Made by a program: the position numbers and the translations under genes
Shown here: piece after piece, positions 40,374 to 54,230 of the stretch
Layout of the letters: every line of letters begins with the position of its first letter
Numbering within the stretch: the first letter of the stretch is position 1
The notes under the pieces: generated by a model
What the model saw: the letters and a program-made list of their open reading frames with translations, nothing else
Told to the model about the DNA's origin: nothing
Database searches by the model: none
Assembly: GCF_009914755.1 (NCBI RefSeq)
Contig: NC_060934.1
Strand: one strand, 5' to 3'
Origin: the human T2T-CHM13v2.0 reference genome, Homo sapiens
Length of the DNA stretch: 64,000 nt

Positions 40374-40951
40374 AAGATAGCTGCCTAGATAGATATAACA
40401 TTGAAAATAATCACATAACTTTCGCATATGGGATACATTAATTTAGAACTAGCCACAATTATCTGTGTATATTATAATGTTGGACTATAAATAGAGCTGG
40501 TGAACTTCTAAGGAATTTAAAACTTGTTTATTAAATTATTTAGAGATTGTTGCTAATAAGATAATAATAAGTCTTTGGATTAAAATGTTGCTGCAATTAT
40601 CAATCAGATTTGCACAAAGAAAAAATAAAGAAAAGAAAAGCATAGGCATAAAATATCCTTCTAACTTTTTCCAATGACTCTATTATAAGAGTGTAAGAAT
40701 AGACCTGCAAGAGTGTGCCTGATGATACAACCAATTATCAGCACAAAACAAATTATTAATATGATTAAATGTGATGCTGACAATGGTGAACATGATCACT
40801 ACCATGCATGTATGCAGGTGAATCTATTTCATTCATGAATTTACAGAAAAATGGTGTAAGGCGGGAAATTGTCAGCATCCAGATATCTACCTGGAAAGCA
40901 TGCCTAGGCTGTTTTTCCTTTTTCTTTTCAACACACAGGTATTTCTTTGGG

Positions 40952-41180
40952 TTTTTTCTTAATTTTTAATAGGCAAATAAAATAAAAATCATATATATTA
41001 ATGGTATATAACGTGACATTTTAAAATACATATACATTGTAGAATGGCTAAATCAAGCTAATTAATATATACATTACTTCACATATTTATTTGTGGAAAG
41101 AACATTTAAAATCTACTCTCTTGGCAATTTTTAGTATACAATACGTGGTTAATAACTGTAGTTACCATATTGTTCATTAA
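40952..41180 (-). mobile_element. L1MA (MA6-8-like) 3' end
   Basis: tatacattgtagaatggctaaatcaagctaattaa...aacatttaaaatctactctcttggcaattttt. Confidence 0.75.
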
Positions 41181-41732
41181 TTCATCCAAAGTAAGTTAGA
41201 AGATTAAGTAAAATGTGAACTCAAATTATACCTTATACATTTTATTTGTAAGTACCCAGTATTTAATACTTCTATTTTTAAAAAGATATACCCTCTTAAT
41301 GGTTTTAGAAGTGATAAGAAAGTGGTTACTGTGGGAGTTGAGGCAGGTTTAAGACATATTTAGGTGATAAAATTGGCTGGTTGAATGAATGAGCAAGAAA
41401 GGAAAAAGGAAGAGTCAAGATGTAAGGGACAATAATGATGCCATGAATTTTGGTAGGAAATAACTAAGAAGGAAGCAGATTTGGGGGAGAAGCAAGTAAG
41501 TTTAGGGTTGGATATGATATAATTGAGGCTCCTATGGAAGTTCTATCTGGTTCTATTCAGCAATATTTTAATTAGACAACACTGAAGTTCAAAGGAAGAA
41601 CGCAATACAGTGTGGAGCACAAAATGTGCTTTAAGGAAACACTACGCATTGTTTAGATGACACTTATTGATTATCTGATTATGATTCTGTGGATGTTCTA
41701 TATCTTTCATTAGGCCTTTGTCTGCTCAGGCT

Positions 41733-42125
41733 TGTTAAAGTTTATGAGGGGCCACTGTTTTGGACTTACCTCCCGTACTAGGCCCCCTCGATCAGAACAA
41801 ACCAGAATGGAGTTACTTGTGCTAGGTGATACATAATCAAACAGAACTTTTAAAAGGGCCAGTTTTCCAAACAAAAGGATATTCTAGTTAACCTGAATCA
41901 GCAGGAATCAGAAAATCACCTTTGTTTAACCTCCATAGCAAAAGTACTCTTGCAATTACCAATCCACTTTTTGCCTTTTTCACCCCATTTCTACCTATGA
42001 TTCCAGTCACTGCTGAGCTCACGGGAACACTCGTTCTGTTTTGCAGAATGAGGTTTTGCTTGATTCTAGAATCACAAATAAAAACCATCAAGATCTTTAA
42101 AATAAATTACTTGTAATTTTGATAG
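41733..42125 (+). mobile_element. MER57-family ERV1 solo LTR
   Basis: tgttaaagtttatgaggggccactgttttggac...ccagaatggagttact...gattctagaatcacaaataaaaaccatcaagatcttt. Confidence 0.65.
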
Positions 42126-42127
42126 AC

Positions 42128-42474
42128 TGTAACACAAATAACTATAGACTAGGTGGCTTAAACAACAGAAATTATCTTACACAGATATAAATCCAAGATA
42201 AAGGTTCCAATTGATTTGGCTCTGGTGCATTATCTTCTCCTGGCTTGCAGATGGCTGACTTCTATGTCTTACATAGCCTTACCTTACTGTGCCCACATGG
42301 AGAGCGAGAAAGAGAACATAAGAACACTAATCCAATTGGATCAGGACTCCACACATCTGACTTTATTTAAAGTGAATTATTTTCTTAACAGACCCATCTC
42401 AAAATACAGCCACACTGAGGGTTAGCACATCAACATATAAATATTGGAAGAACATAAACATTCAGTCCATAACA
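42128..42474 (-). mobile_element. MLT1A-type MaLR LTR
   Basis: gactaggtggcttaaacaacagaaatt...ggcttgcagatggc...aacattcagtccataaca. Confidence 0.8.
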
Positions 42475-42553
42475 TTGCTTTTGAGCTATTTTACAAAGCT
42501 GTTAATTGTAGGTAACTGATAGCAATGGAATATAATTTTTGTCTATAGGAATA

Positions 42554-43024
42554 TGTAATAGTGTCTTATTGCTGTGATAATAAATCATCACAATTTGAGA
42601 AACTTACAACAAAACAAATTTAATATCTCATGGTTCTGGTGGTCAGAAGATTTAAACTCAAAGTGCCAGCAGGGCAAATTTCTTTGTAGAGGCTCTATGG
42701 GAGAATCCACTTTTTTGCCCTTTCTAGCTTCTAGAGGCCAGCTCCCTTGCCTGACTCATGGCCCTTCTCTCTATCTTCAAAGAAAATTACACCACTTTTA
42801 CTTCCATCACCACATCTCTTCTCTCAACTTACACTCCTCTCTCCCTCTCGTAAGGACCTTTGTGATTACATTGGATTCACTCACATAATCCAGGGTAATC
42901 TCCATCTCAATGTAACCAAATAAACACATCTACCAAACACCTTTGCCATGTAAGGTAATATGTTCACAGGTTCTGAAAATTAGAAAATGAACATCTTTTC
43001 AGAGACATTAATCTGTCTATGACA
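42554..43024 (-). mobile_element. MLT1C/D-type MaLR LTR
   Basis: ggctctatgggagaatcc...tttctagcttctagaggcc...taaggacctttgtgattacattgg...tttgccatgtaaggtaatatgttcacaggttc. Confidence 0.8.
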
Positions 43025-43427
43025 TGTGGAGGTTGTGTTTACCACAGTGGAGATTCAATTGACCCTTCCTATTGTGGAAGAAAACAGTTTTTTCTCAATT
43101 TGCATATTCATTTTAATATTCCTAAATGCACAAATACATATGTTCTGTGAATCATCCTTTGGTTTGGTTGGAATATGCTCTTGGTGCCCTCATTAATAAT
43201 GAGTTAAATAAACTTTATAATACATGTTAATTTTACATCTTTCTGACAGTCATAATTCTAACTTTTTGGAAAATTATCCCTTAAGGCTAAATATACAGAT
43301 TTATGACTTATGAGTATATCAAAGGTACTTAAAATTAGAGGAAAAAGCTTTTAATAGAGAACCATATCAAGGTAAAAAATAGTGCTAAAAATGATTTGAG
43401 GTTCAAAGTTTTGGGGATGAGGGTCTT

Positions 43428-43725
43428 TTTTTTTTTTTTTTTTGAGACGGAGTCTTGCTCTCTTGCCCAGGCTGGGGTGCAGTGGCCACAATCTCGGCTG
43501 ACTGCAACCTCCGACTTCTGGGTTCATGCCATTCTCCTGCCTCAGTTTCCCGAGTAGCTGGGACTACAGGCACCGACCACCACGCCCGGCTAATTTTTTG
43601 TATTTTTAGTAGAGGCAGGGTTTCACCGTGTTAGCCAGGATGGTCTCAATCTCCTGACCTCACGATTTACCTGCCTCGGCCTCCCAAAGTGCTGGGATTA
43701 CAGGCATGAGCCACCACGCCTGGCC
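43428..43725 (-). mobile_element. AluY (or late AluSc)
   Basis: ccattctcc and ccgtgttagccaggatggtc; perfect 15-bp TSD ggggatgagggtctt at 43413-43427 and 43726-43740. Confidence 0.95.
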
Positions 43726-43907
43726 GGGGATGAGGGTCTTATAAGTATTGGTATGAACTCTTGTCTTCAACTTAATCTCTATGAGTGTTTTAACCTGTCA
43801 TACATGTAGCATATAGAAATTTTAATGTAAATAAATGATGAAAGATTTTTTTACTTCAGAGATATTCCTAGAGACAAAATAGTCAAGATACTGGTATTTA
43901 TTAGATA

Positions 43908-44611
43908 CAATAGTCCCCCGTTATTCAAGGTTTTGTTTTCTGCTATTTCAATTGCCTACAGTACAGTATATAAAGATATTTTGAAAGACAAAGAGAGACA
44001 ATTTTAACATAACATTTATTAAAGTGCATTGTTATAATTATTCTATTATTAGTAGTTGCTAATCTCTTACTGTGCCTAACTTATTAATTAAACTTTGTCA
44101 TAGGGAATTACATAAAGGGAAAAACATAGTATATATAGGTGCTGTGGTTTGAATATGTCCCCAAAGTTTATGTGTTGGAAACAAACTCCAATTGCAACAG
44201 TACTTGGAAACAGAGATTTAAGAGGTGATTAGGTCATGGGACCAATGGTTTAATGTCATTTTCTTAGGAATGGGTTAGTTATCTGGGAGTGGGTTGCTGT
44301 AAAAGTGAATTGGGCCTAATTTGCTCTCTCAGTCTCTCAGGGTCACTCCTGCCTTCTGACCTTCCACTATGGGATGACACTTTCCAGATAGCAGAGCCAT
44401 GCTCTTGGACTTCACCACCTCCAGAACCATGAGCCAAATAAACTTTTATTCTTTATAAATTACCCCATCTGTGACATTTTGTTATAGCAGCATTTGAAAA
44501 TATGTTTCAGTACTATCTGTGAACCAAATCAATCAGAACCTTTATCTTTTCAGGTTGGTATCCATTGGGGGTCTTGGAATGTATCCCCTAGGGAAAATGG
44601 GGGGACTATTA
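43908..44611 (+). mobile_element. MER44 (Tigger7 derivative) split by an MST LTR
   Basis: Terminal inverted repeats ta|caatagtccccc...ggggggactatt. Confidence 0.75.
44140..44500 (+). mobile_element. MST (MSTD-like) solo LTR nested in MER44
   Basis: tgctgtggtttgaatatgtcccc...gccatgctcttggacttc...ccagaaccatgagccaaataaac...tgttatagcagca. Confidence 0.8.
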
Positions 44612-45630
44612 TGTATATATTACTAATAATAAGTATTAAGAAAACAAATATTAACAATAAAATCCATGGTTGGCTATTATATATTTGTAAATATATAAAT
44701 ACAGTAATGTCTATATTTTCTCCTGGTTACATAACTGCCAGTTATTTTACTGTTTTTTGATATCATGATATATTTATTTTTTATTTGTATAGCTTAAATT
44801 TATTTAAAATATTTTAATGTAAATTTAGGGAGTTAAGGAAATATGAATATTTGACATTTTTCATTTGAGAATTGGGGAAAGACATTGACAAGTTCTGACC
44901 TGTGATTTTTCCAAATACTCTCCAACTAAGTTAAATTTGTCTGCCTGGAAAACAGTAGCTTATTAAGGCATATTAAATAGCCTCACAGTGCACACATCTG
45001 AAGCTAAAGCACAAGGCATTGTTCATCCCTCATGTTTTAGCAGCTGTTTAATGAAAAGTGCCAACTCAGTGTGTAGTTAATCTATCTAATAATTAATACA
45101 ACAGCAGCCTGGGACCAATGTGGATGTAACTCCAAAGTCCTTCTTCATTTGCAAATTAACACAGAGACTTGCTTTTATAGCTAGTTTGTTATTTAGGAAG
45201 CAGACAGGGACATTTAAAATTCTTCATTTCAGGGCTTCTACTTGATCACATTTTATTTGAATACATGACATAAAATAGAATTTGAAATGATAATGCTTAA
45301 GAGTATAATATAGAAAATTAATCTCCTATGGTTATTAAGATACACATGTAACCCTCAAGGCTAAAAGGATACCAATATGTTTTCTATCCACAAAAAAGGG
45401 TAATTGAGAGCAAAGCTCTTTTTTAATGCCCTTAATAATGTGAACTCAATTTATCTGTATGCTCTAGTCAAAAGTTATCTAATATATAAAAAACTATCGA
45501 ATTAATTGTTTGATATTTTATTTAATATTAATTTAAATATTTTTTCTAACCTATTACCTTCTTGGTTATAAAACGTGTGAGATTATGAGATGCTTCCTAG
45601 AAGTGAATAAATAGAAGTAAATACTGGCCC

Positions 45631-45998
45631 TATGTTAGTCTGTTTCCACACTGCTGATAAAGGCATACTTGAGACTGGGCAATTTACAAAAGAAAGAGGT
45701 TTATTGGATTTGCAATTCCACATGGCTGGGGAGGCCTCACAATCATGGTGGAAGGCAAAAAGGAGCAAGTCACATCTTACATTGATGGCAGCAGGCAAAA
45801 AAATAGAACTTGTGCAGAGAAATTCCTGTTTCAAAAACCATCAGAATTCATGAGACCCATTCAGTATCACAAGAACAGCATGGGAAAGACCCACCCCTGT
45901 GATTCAATCATCTCCCACTGGGTCCCTCCCACAACACATGGGGATTATAGGCACTACAAGATGACATTTCAGTGGGGACACAGAGCCAAAACATATCA
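45631..45998 (-). mobile_element. THE1 (THE1C-like) solo LTR
   Basis: ttagtctgtttccacactgctgataaagg...ggctggggaggcctcacaatcatgg...ggggacacagagccaaaacatatca. Confidence 0.9.
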
Positions 45999-46133
45999 AG
46001 TCCCCAAAACATAATATAATAAAAGTTGTGAAGTGTAAGTTGGTACCATGAAGAAATATTTTATGGTTATAGTTGCAACTGTGATTAGTACACAAAATTG
46101 TTGGTAAAATACAAACCTGAAGCCCTAAAGGAC

Positions 46134-46140
46134 ATCTATC

Positions 46141-46194
<54 letters not shown>

Positions 46195-46245
46195 GTAATC
46201 TATCTATCTATCTTTCTATCATCTATCTATTACCTAATCTCTATC
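46134..46245 (+). repeat. (TATC)n microsatellite, 13 perfect units at 46142-46193
   Basis: Read directly; imperfect copies flank the perfect core. Confidence 0.97.
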
Positions 46246-47868
46246 ACAGTTTACTTGATTACTCTTATGAAAATACATTTCACCTATGGGAAACAGTTTA
46301 ACTGTTCCTCAAAAAGTCAAACAAAAAGGAAGCTTTTTACACAGAATTTCTTTTCCCTCTTTCCCTAAAATCTGTGAAGCTTCTTTTCAAATCATTGAGG
46401 TCAAGCTAAATGCCATTTCTTCTATAAAGCTTTCTCTACTTCCTTGAACATCATTGACATTTTCTTCTGTGTTCTCATATTTCATTGCTCATATATTTAC
46501 CATTTTCCAAACCTTGTCCTTTTATACTCTTATCTGTGATAATGAATATCTTAGCTTTTTAAAGACAAGGATCATGTTTTTTCCTTCATGCCTTTGTAGA
46601 CAATAAGCAATAAATGTTGTAGAAACAAATGAACTCAGCACACTTCAAACAATGCATGTCATGTTTGTGAAAATATTAAACTACTTTCTAATTTTAATAC
46701 TGAAACTACAGTCAACATGTTAAAATATTACCTAAATTACCTTCTAAAAAATAAACAATCAAATTAAAATGATGGAGTCAGCTGATCCAAACAATATTTT
46801 ATTTTTCCTCTTCTTTTATTGTATTTTATCCACTTTAATCCTTTAATCCTAAAATCTGAAGCACTTTAGAAAGTTGATTTTTTTTTTCCCCTGACACAAG
46901 ATTTACATGGAACCACTGGTTATTTAGAAAGACCAAGCATTGCTTTTTGGCCACCTAGCCAATCAATTTGTTTGTAAATAATTACTTACACAACCTTTAT
47001 TCTTGAAGTTCATAGACCACACATTGAAAGCAAACTTTGTTTTAACTGAATAGCCACAAAGAATCAAAAATTATCAGGCACCAACAAAACCTTCGTTTTT
47101 TTATTTCTCTGAATTTATATTGCACTTTCAGAAACCACACATGGTTACCTAACATTTCCTAACTAATCCCTAATTATAGAATTATAAGAACATTAAAAGC
47201 CCTTGGAGAACACTCTTCCTTTATAACAATAGGAATCAAATTGTACTTCCTTGTACTGCCTCTATAAACTCAGTGAAAGCTGTTGTGCTGACTCCTACCT
47301 TTAAACACGTGCCTTATTGTCACAGGTCTTTTCACTGTATGTTTGCACCTCTGATTTTAGAAGTTGGCTTCATGTTTTGGCCTTTCGTTGTAATGAAATT
47401 CTGAATATGTTCACTCCAGATTAATCCTTTTTTTTCATTCTCAGGAAAAAATGCAAATGTCAGCCTGTTCTCTGTGTGATGTTTGAAAAACTGGCTGCTT
47501 TGCACTTCACTAGTTCCAAGTTTTATGCTAATATTTGTTTTGTGAATTCCACTCCTTAGACTGTGAACTCTTGGATTAGTTTCAGTTTCTAGCATTTTTC
47601 TCCTCCTTCTCCGTAATGTAGATGGTGTCAACAAAACCCTATATGCTTTCTTACAAAATCCACCTTTCCTGATATCATTTTTTTATAATAGGGTATATTT
47701 TGTACTGTATTAAACAAATATTTTCCATTAGCTATTAACTGTCATGCTCTTTCTTCCTGATACTGACAACTGTTCCTTATTTAATCCTGACAAGACAAGT
47801 TTTGTATAACCTACAGAACAATTCAGACCAATGGATACATGATGAATCCTTAAATATGTTTATAGTAC

Positions 47869-49541
47869 TAGTAGCAGCAACGACCAACCTGGAGAGGCCA
47901 CTGCCAAGACTTCAGCTGCAGCAAGGGAGATGCAGCTGGCTGTATGCTCCACAGAGCCAGCGGAAACCTGGAGCAGGCAAGAGCCCCGCCCTCCCAGGTC
48001 AGGAGACCTGGGCATCTTGGCACTCTTAGGGGACCAGGAAGGTGTCCCTGCCCTGCAGGATTGGAGGTGTTTGCTACCACTGCCTGTGGCCTCTTCTCAC
48101 TCCCAGCACCTGCTCTATCTCAGAGCAAGGTTGGGGCCAAGCCCAGATGCTGTTGCAGCCTGGCTGGGTATGTGCATGCACGGGCCAGCACTGACACACC
48201 AGCCCTCTGTTACCTTGGCCCCCTCCAGACATTGGCCACTGATGAGCACAGAAAGGAGGCCAAGGAGGTGCTGAGGGCAGCTCATCCCTGGCCTGCAGGT
48301 ACCCCTCAGCATGAACCAGCCTGGGTGCCATGAACAGTGGCAGGAAGCAGACAGGATCCTGGGCAGACAGGGGCAGGTCCTCGGTGAAGCCCCACCTTCA
48401 AGCCAGGAAAGGCCTGAAGCCTTGGGCCAGGCTGACAGTTTCGAGGACCAGAGTAGAAACTTGTAGTGCTTTTTCCAAGCCTGCATGTGCCGCCCATGAA
48501 CAATTGGCATATATTTCCTCCCCTGTGAGGTCCATAAACGCCCCAGACTCAGCCAGACTCAAGAAGACAATGACCTGCTACCTGCACAGAGGAGCTGCCC
48601 AGTCCAGGGTCTTCTCTCTGTTAAGAGCTGGGGAGACAATGGGATGAAGATGACCAGCTATGGAGAGGAACTACCCACCCTAGGGTTTCCTCTCTGATAA
48701 AAGCTGAGGAGATGACAGGATGACCAGCTGTGGAGAGGAGCTACCCACTTGAGTCTCCTCTCTGTTGAGAGCTGAGAAGACAATGGGATGACCAGGTACA
48801 GAGAGGAACTACCCACTCCAGGGTCTCCTCTCTGCTGAGAGCTGAACACTTTTTGGGAAACACTGGCTGCAAAGAGGAGCTACTCACTGTGAGTCTCCTC
48901 TGAGCCATTCTATTGCTCAATAAAGCTCCTCTTCACCTTGCTCACCCTCTGCTTGTCCACATACCTCATTCTTCCTGGTCATGGGACAAAAACTCAGAAC
49001 CTGTTGAATGGCAGGGCTGAAAGAGCAGTAGCAAAAACAGGGATGAAACACACCTCTTGCTCACCACATTGTGGGTGACAAGAAGGAGAGAAGAGCTGTG
49101 GCCCTTTGTGGATCCCAGACATAGAAGCTCTTTGAGACAGGACTGTGACACCCTCTTTGGGGCTCTGTGGTTCCTAGCATCTCCAAGCTTCCAGGCACCA
49201 CTGCATCCCCTAGTACCAACTGTAGAAGAAGCTTTTGGGACACCTGGTCCAGTCACAGCCTTGCAGGGAGCCAGTGCCCATGGCAGCAATTCGAGCTGCC
49301 CTCCCTGCTGCAGCCAGCGTGCCTGGCTGCACTCAGTGACTGAACCCCATAATTGCTTGCTTATACACCCCTCACTGCTCCACTTGCCTTTGGCAGGCAT
49401 AGGTTCCAGGCTGGTAGCATGAGCCGATCACAACCTGCTAGGCTAAGTGGGCCCAGTGGGTCCAAGCAAAACTCAGGCAAAGGCTCCACTGGCCACAGAG
49501 GTTTATAGCTGGTGAAGTGACACCCCAAAGATCCCGTAACA
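47869..49541 (+). mobile_element. MER52 (MER52A-like) long ERV1 solo LTR
   Basis: GC-rich 1.67 kb; ends gtgacaccccaaagatcccgtaaca; AATAAA at ~48919; internal ~68-bp tandem units at 48570-48905; 4-bp TSD gtac at 47865-47868 and 49542-49545. Confidence 0.88.
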
Positions 49542-50148
49542 GTACTGGACTAGATATTCTGAGAAATAATAAACCCCTGCTTCTGCTAATATGCTTATTT
49601 ATTTATTTATTATTTATTTATGGTTTCAATGAGTATGTTTGAAATGCCCAGTCCTGTTAGCCACTCCACTTCTTACCTACATGTCCTGAACCACTCAACC
49701 AGGTGGCAATACCTCCTGAAAACCTTTTGATTACCCCCCTTTTACATGCTAGATTAATTTATCTCTTTCCTGTGTTCCTATGATGTCTTGTTTATAGGTC
49801 TATAGTTGTACTATCTGTGTTTTATAAAATTTTGAACTCCTTTTAAGACCTTGCCTTCCTCTTAATTATCTTAGCTTCCCCAAATTGTGGTACAGTATTG
49901 GGTGATAGCAAAATAAATGAATTCATATAAAATCTTGCATTCTACAAAGTCATGCATGCACTGAAAATAACAGAGCTAATAGGAGAATAAGTGTTGGTTA
50001 GTCCACCCAAGACTAGTATAAATTCTTAAGGATTCCACTAACAGATAACAAAATTGTATGGGTTTGTAAGAGTCTCATGATTAAGTTTTACTTTCAAAAA
50101 ATTTAAAAGGTAATATTAAATTATTAATATATAGAATAGACCGTAGTA

Positions 50149-50655
<507 letters not shown>

Positions 50656-50885
50656 CTATTGCATACACTCAGCTGTGTTAACATTCTGAATTTGAATTCT
50701 TGGAAATATCAAAGGTGAAGCAACCTGGCATTTGCTTTATAAAGAATCCTTCTCTTATTTATCAGTTACATATAAACTAACTTGTGATGCAGACGTATGC
50801 TTATAGTATATTTGAAAAAGAGAATGGCTTTTAATAAATGCAATTATTCCATGAAAACCCCAAATTTCTTAATCATAAAGGTTTT

Positions 50886-50935
50886 TATAATATAATATAA
50901 TATAATATAATATAATATAATATAATATAATATAA
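50886..50935 (+). repeat. (TATAA)10 pentanucleotide repeat
   Basis: Read directly. Confidence 0.97.
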
Positions 50936-50944
50936 CATATTCTA

Positions 50945-51510
50945 AGAACCATGGCAAATGTACTCACTGCACTTTGACGTATTTACCTTGGTGGCTTCGA
51001 GATTAACAAAAGTTTGAAAGCTTTGTAAAAATTTGGATCAATGTTCTAAATCTGGGCAATTATGCTGCAAATCCTCCCAGGGGATAGGAGTGAGTGGGGT
51101 ATCAATAACCCAGGCTTTTCTTTTTTTTTTTTGGTAGAATAAGACAAAGGGAGCTGGCCAGAGCCAATCCCCATACACCAAATCTTAGCAAGCATAACTG
51201 TAACAACCAGCTATCTGGCTGTGTTGGCAGCATCAGGATTTTTGAGCTGTCCTTACCCCCTTGCTTCATTTTGATACATGTCTTCTAATAACCCAGTTTG
51301 TCTCTTCTCACCTTCAGACCATCAAATTACAAATGGTCATGCAACTGGAGTCTCGGACCATGTCTCCCTTTTACTGGAAACCCTCGGATAAGCCTCTGAG
51401 AGAGATCTGCCTGTATTCCCAAAGCAGTGGCCCTGTCCACATGAGGCAGTTAAGAGCCATCATCATCTCTATCCTAATGGCAGTTAATGTACCTCTTCAG
51501 AGGGGGGAGT
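50945..51510 (+). mobile_element. ERV1 (HUERS-P/MER4-group) internal 3' end with polypurine tract
   Basis: accatcaaattacaaatggtcatgcaactggag (env C-terminal remnant, TIKLQMVMQLE); polypurine tract agaggggggag at 51499-51509 directly before the LTR. Confidence 0.75.
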
Positions 51511-52253
51511 TGATAGTGGCAGGAGGCAGACAAATCCCTAGGCAGATAGGGCAGGTCCCCAGTGAAACCCCACTTTCCAGCCAAAGACAGTTTAAATCTT
51601 GAAAGTCAAGATACAAATCAAATCCAAGGAAAGGACTGAGAACCTCTCTTCCCATGCGGCATGCTTTCCTCTGATCCCCATCCTTCATCTATTTTGCATA
51701 TACCTACCTCTCCCTAATTGTTTTTTACACTGTTGTACCCACCTTTGAGTGGTGCCTTTGTTTTAACTTTTTTTTGTATACTCGCAAATCAATCAGCATG
51801 TAGTTCTCCATTCAGAGCCTATAAAATCGCCAGACTTAGCCACACTGGGAAAAATCACTCGATTTTGTTTAGTGGGCCACCCTTGTGTCCCCTCTCCGCT
51901 GAAAGCTGTTAAGTCACTCAATAAAATATTTCTCCACCCTCCTCACCCTTCAGTTGTCACCATAACCTCATTCTTCTTGGATGCAGGACAAGAGCCTGAG
52001 ACCCATCAAATGTGGGTACCAGCTGTAACATAGGTGGGCTGGAGCATGCCTGGCTCATCCACAGGCTAAGTGTGGATCTTGTAGTGAGCATGGAATCCAG
52101 ACCTGTGCGCAAGCCAAGTGTGGTCCAATGGGCCAAGTGGATGGGGCACCTCCTGAAGCATGGCTGGGGGCCGAATGAGACCTGGTTGGGGATGTCACTG
52201 GTCACCAGTGGAAGTCCCTGGCTGGCAAAGTGACTGGGAAAAATTTTACATCA
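51511..52253 (+). mobile_element. 3' LTR, LTR27/LTR28-like
   Basis: tgatagtggcaggaggcagacaaatccctaggcagatagggcagg...; cctataaaa, caataaaa; ends aaaattttacatca. Confidence 0.8.
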
Positions 52254-53534
52254 CCTTCTTTAGAAAATTCTACGTATTCCTCTTAGGAAAATCAGATACA
52301 ACAGGTATTTAAGAGTAGTTCCTGAATTATTTAGTACACTGTTTGATAGTGTTTGGTCCACTACTATAATTGTAACACATATTTATATGTTAGGAATCTT
52401 TAACTTAACATTATTTGGTGAACCCAAGATTAAAATTATTAGTATGCTGTATATATCAATTTAATTGAGTTTGCTGGCATTTTTTCTTCTTCTAATGTTT
52501 TCCAGCTTAGATCATCTTTCACTGGCTCAGAACTAAGTTCAGTAGTTAGGACAGGCACCTGCACAATGGTAAGAAAACCTGCACAGTTGTCAGAAAATAT
52601 GAAGAAATCCTAAACCTAATGGCTGACAGGTATTCTGAGAGTTCAAATTTAAGCAGTTTAATTCAGAAAATATTTTTTGCATACTTTCCATATGCCAGGC
52701 ATGATTAAATATTTGGAAGACAGATGATGAATAAGATAGAGACTATCCTCAAGAATCTCACAAACTAAGTGACTTAAGTGAGGTTCCAGCCGAGGCTCCT
52801 CATTAATTGTGTATGTGGACATGGCTATCATCCTCTAAGAAAGCATTTTTTACTATATTGAATGAAAATAAACAGCCAGATGTTTTTTGGTATAAACGTA
52901 TCTTTGCATATTTTCTTTTTATATATCCCTGGGAATGCAGCCAGGCAGAGTCCATGTTGTTCAAGGAAAGGGACCCATGTCACCATCTCTGATTGAGCAG
53001 TGCCTACATCTATGATCTCAGCCAATTTGCTTCCCTTTCAGATCCATAATTTTCTCATTGTAAAAGGAAGACTTGGACCAGGTTACTACTATGTTTCCTT
53101 TTACTACAATAAGCTAGGGCCTTGTTAATTTCATTAAAGATGCAACTAGAATTAGTGTATGGAAATTAAATGCCATTAGATAGTAGTTTTCTAGTCTGGT
53201 AGCCTTCTGAAAATGAACAGTTTAATCAAATGCTTGACTGCAGAAAGAGGGATTATAATGTCAGGAAGGGGATAAGTTTTTATAATGTAAACTTAATGAT
53301 GCAATTTCCTGGAGGCAGTGTGCATGGCAACTTCTCAGCTGGGTTTCAAATTGACTGACTATTTATTATAACAAATATTATAGGTACACAATTTCAGCAC
53401 TTAAATGAGGCTTTTTTAAGTTTCTAAGGTAACATCATATCTATTTAATTACATCTTTTGAAATAATCACACCTATCTAACCCTTGTTTTTGAAGTTCAG
53501 AAAAAAAATAAACAGCAATAAAGTAGTTACTCCC

Positions 53535-53903
53535 TGATACGGTTTGGCTGTGTCCTCATCCAAATTTCCCCTTGAATTGTAGTTCCCATGATTCCCACGT
53601 GTCGTGGGAGGGACCTGGTCAGAGGTAATTGAATAATGGGAGCAATTCCCCCATGCTGTTCTCATGATAGTGAGTGGGTTCTCATGAGATCTGATGGTTT
53701 TATAAGAGGCCTTTTCCCCTTTGCTTGCCACTTCTCTGTCCTACCATCATGTGAGGGACATGCTTGCTTCCACCTCTGTCATAATTTTGAGTTTCCTGAG
53801 GCCTCCCCAGCCATGCTGAACTGAGCCAACTAAACCTCTTTCCTTTATAAATTACCCAGTCTAGGGTATGTCTCCAATCGCAGGGTGAGAATGAACTAAA
53901 ACA
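53535..53903 (+). mobile_element. THE1 (THE1D-like) solo LTR
   Basis: tgatacggtttggctgtgtc...gaactaaaaca; perfect 5-bp TSD ctccc at 53530-53534 and 53904-53908. Confidence 0.92.
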
Positions 53904-54022
53904 CTCCCCAAGTTAAATGAGACCCTTCAAATGCTTCTAACACCAAGGCACAACACTAAGTCATTTATAACAAAGTCAGCTGTCACCAACTTCAGTATAT
54001 CCCACAATAGTCACATTAGTCA

Positions 54023-54230
<208 letters not shown>

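Noticed and set aside
47332-47634. 100-aa minus-strand ORF with RRRRRK in unique sequence
   Set aside because: Non-ATG start and no recognisable homology; a length expected by chance.
48570-48905. CRISPR-like periodic repeats
   Set aside because: The units are contiguous diverged tandem repeats without unique spacers, inside a primate LTR, with no cas genes.
47802-49422. Dense cluster of overlapping 60-144 aa ORFs in a GC-rich island
   Set aside because: The cluster lies almost entirely within the MER52 LTR. High GC suppresses stop codons on both strands, and CpGs are depleted, so it is neither a gene nor a CpG-island promoter.
51261-51602. 113-aa ORF as a captured env gene
   Set aside because: Only a short env C-terminal-like remnant that runs into the LTR; no signal peptide, furin site or transmembrane segment is visible.
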